Shown here one piece after another: positions 36,696 to 38,198 of a stretch of DNA of 38,198 nt. Source of the stretch: Spirogloea muscicola (Eukaryota); the NCBI GenBank assembly GCA_009602725.1, contig WELB01000019.1:683680-721877 (forward strand), given 5' to 3'. Both the position numbers and the translations under genes were made by a program. The notes beneath the pieces are model-generated. The model did no database searches. It was not told the origin of the DNA and saw only the letters and a program-made list of their open reading frames with translations. The first letter of the stretch is position 1. Each line of letters opens with the position of its first letter.

Positions 36696-38198
36696 TCAAT
36701 GCATTTGCTGCCGTTTGCGTGCCGTCACAAAACGTTCTGTTCCAAATATGTCAGTGACCACCTGCACGTCCTCAAATTGCAGGCTGCGCAGCAGCCCTGC
36801 CACTACTGCTATCTGCGCACCTCCATTCGTCTGCAGAACACCCAGGCGGGTGATAACCTTTAAGGTATTGATACTGCGGAGGGCCACAATGAGCAACTCG
36901 GCAGCCCCTTGCCTCCTACAACATGATCCTCCCAGCAACTGGTATTATTATTAGATTGCCCTCTTGAGAAACAAGTACACGCATCTTACCACTTGAATTG
37001 ATCAAAAACCCTCAAATACTTATTGCCTGTAGGGAAGGTGCTCACCTCCAGAGCGAGGAAGCCGCGCGGCCGCAGCGCTGCTGCAGCTCCTTCGCACACG
37101 CACCTTAGCGCAGCGCACCCATCGCCGGCACCGCCATCCAAGGCCAGGCGCGGCTCGTGCCGTCCTACCTCAGCCTGCAGGCCCGGCAGGTCGTCGTGCG
37201 GGATGTAGGGCGGGTTGCTCACAACGCCCGCCACGCGGCCCATCACCACCTCCAGTGGACCGTACCAGTCACCTTGCAGCACCCGCACACGATGAGCCTG
37301 CCAGACAAGAAGTCTGCACATCAGAGTCCAGGTACGAACAGTCACGATAGCCTAGGGCCTGTCTTCTGCTCTTTTGGCTTGATGCCGGTTGGTGGGGCAA
37401 CTGTTAACAGCTTGCGGCTGCTTCCCTGGACTGAGGTTGGAAGGCAAGCTGCCGCCTCACAACCTGGGCGCCTCCTGCTGCCATTGGCACCTGGCATGGC
37501 AGCATCTTCCGTGCCAGCTTTGATCTGCTAAGAACTGGATGGCAAACGCATGGAGGGCCTGCAGTGGAACGTCCACTGGCTCCTCTCTTGGCAAGTCTGG
37601 CTGACTGAAGGGGTTGAGAAGTGTGCAGGCATGGACCTGAAGATTGAGGCAGCGCCGAACATTCTGGCTGGCCACTGCACAAGCCGTGGCGCTGGCGTCG
37701 ACGGCCAGCACAGTGGCTTCTGGCAGGAGCTTGGCGAGGCCGATGGCGATGGCGCCGCTGCCCGTCCCGAGGTCCACCCAGAGGCCGGCCCGCAGGTCGG
37801 GGTCGGCGGCGGCGGCGACGGCGGCGAGGTCGGGGAGCTGCTCGGTCTCGGGGCGGGGGATGAGGACGCCCTGCCGCACCGCCAGCACCACGTCGCGCCA
37901 ATGGGCGGCGCCGACGAGGTACTGGAATGGCGTGCGGGCCTCCAAGCGACGGCGCCACAGCGCCGTGAGCTCCGCCAGGCTCGCTCTCAGAAGCGCAGTC
38001 TCGCCATCAGGCTGCTGCATCTGCGTCCACTCAGCGCCTCGCCATGGCTTGCCACTACGTCCGCCGCCACTGCCGTCGTCACAAGTCCTGACCTCCGCAA
38101 CGGCGTCCTCCAGCAGCCAGCCCAGCTCACGCTCGAGCTCGGCGGCGCTGGGCCCGCCGTCGCCGACGAGGCGGCCGCCGGCGGCGGCGGCGAGGCCG
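36696..38198 (-). CDS. prmC: Release factor glutamine methyltransferase PrmC/HemK, plant/cyanobacterial (probably plastid) type, 5'-truncated; exons >38198-37637, 37297-37046, 36830-36696
   Basis: ELERELGWLLEDAV, LWRRRLEARTPFQYLVGAAHWRD, GVLIPRPETE, WVDLGTGSGAIA, VSNPPYIP, EVGRHEPRLALDGG, LETNGGAQ. Confidence 0.95.

Noticed and set aside
32295..38198. Bacterial contamination or recent HGT for the lactamase-like gene and prmC
   Set aside because: Both carry multiple spliceosomal introns and sit among core eukaryotic genes.

Overview
Gene-dense eukaryotic nuclear DNA with GT-AG introns, most consistent with a streptophyte green alga or early plant lineage (inferred from plant-type NC2-alpha, THOC3 and plastid-type PrmC, and plant telomere-like motifs). 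I built phase-consistent exon models by hand for nine genes: COG4 (+, 5'-truncated); a ~2,195-aa orphan coiled-coil/disordered protein (-); THOC3/TEX1 (+); a protein with a degenerate MoaC-like region fused to a PI4K-type-II-like pseudokinase (+); NC2-alpha/DRAP1 (-); mitochondrial ATP synthase OSCP (+, first exon probably in the N-gap at 27855-28421); RLP24 (-); a 13-exon bacterial-type beta-lactamase-fold serine hydrolase with a hydrophobic C-terminal tail (+); and PrmC/HemK (-, 5'-truncated). The best novelty candidates are the AmiE/YbbE-like hydrolase (possible plastid peptidoglycan remodelling enzyme), the MoaC-like/pseudokinase fusion downstream of a G-box/ABRE pair, and the giant orphan protein with internal repeats and recurring short motifs. 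All family assignments come from motif recognition, not database searches.
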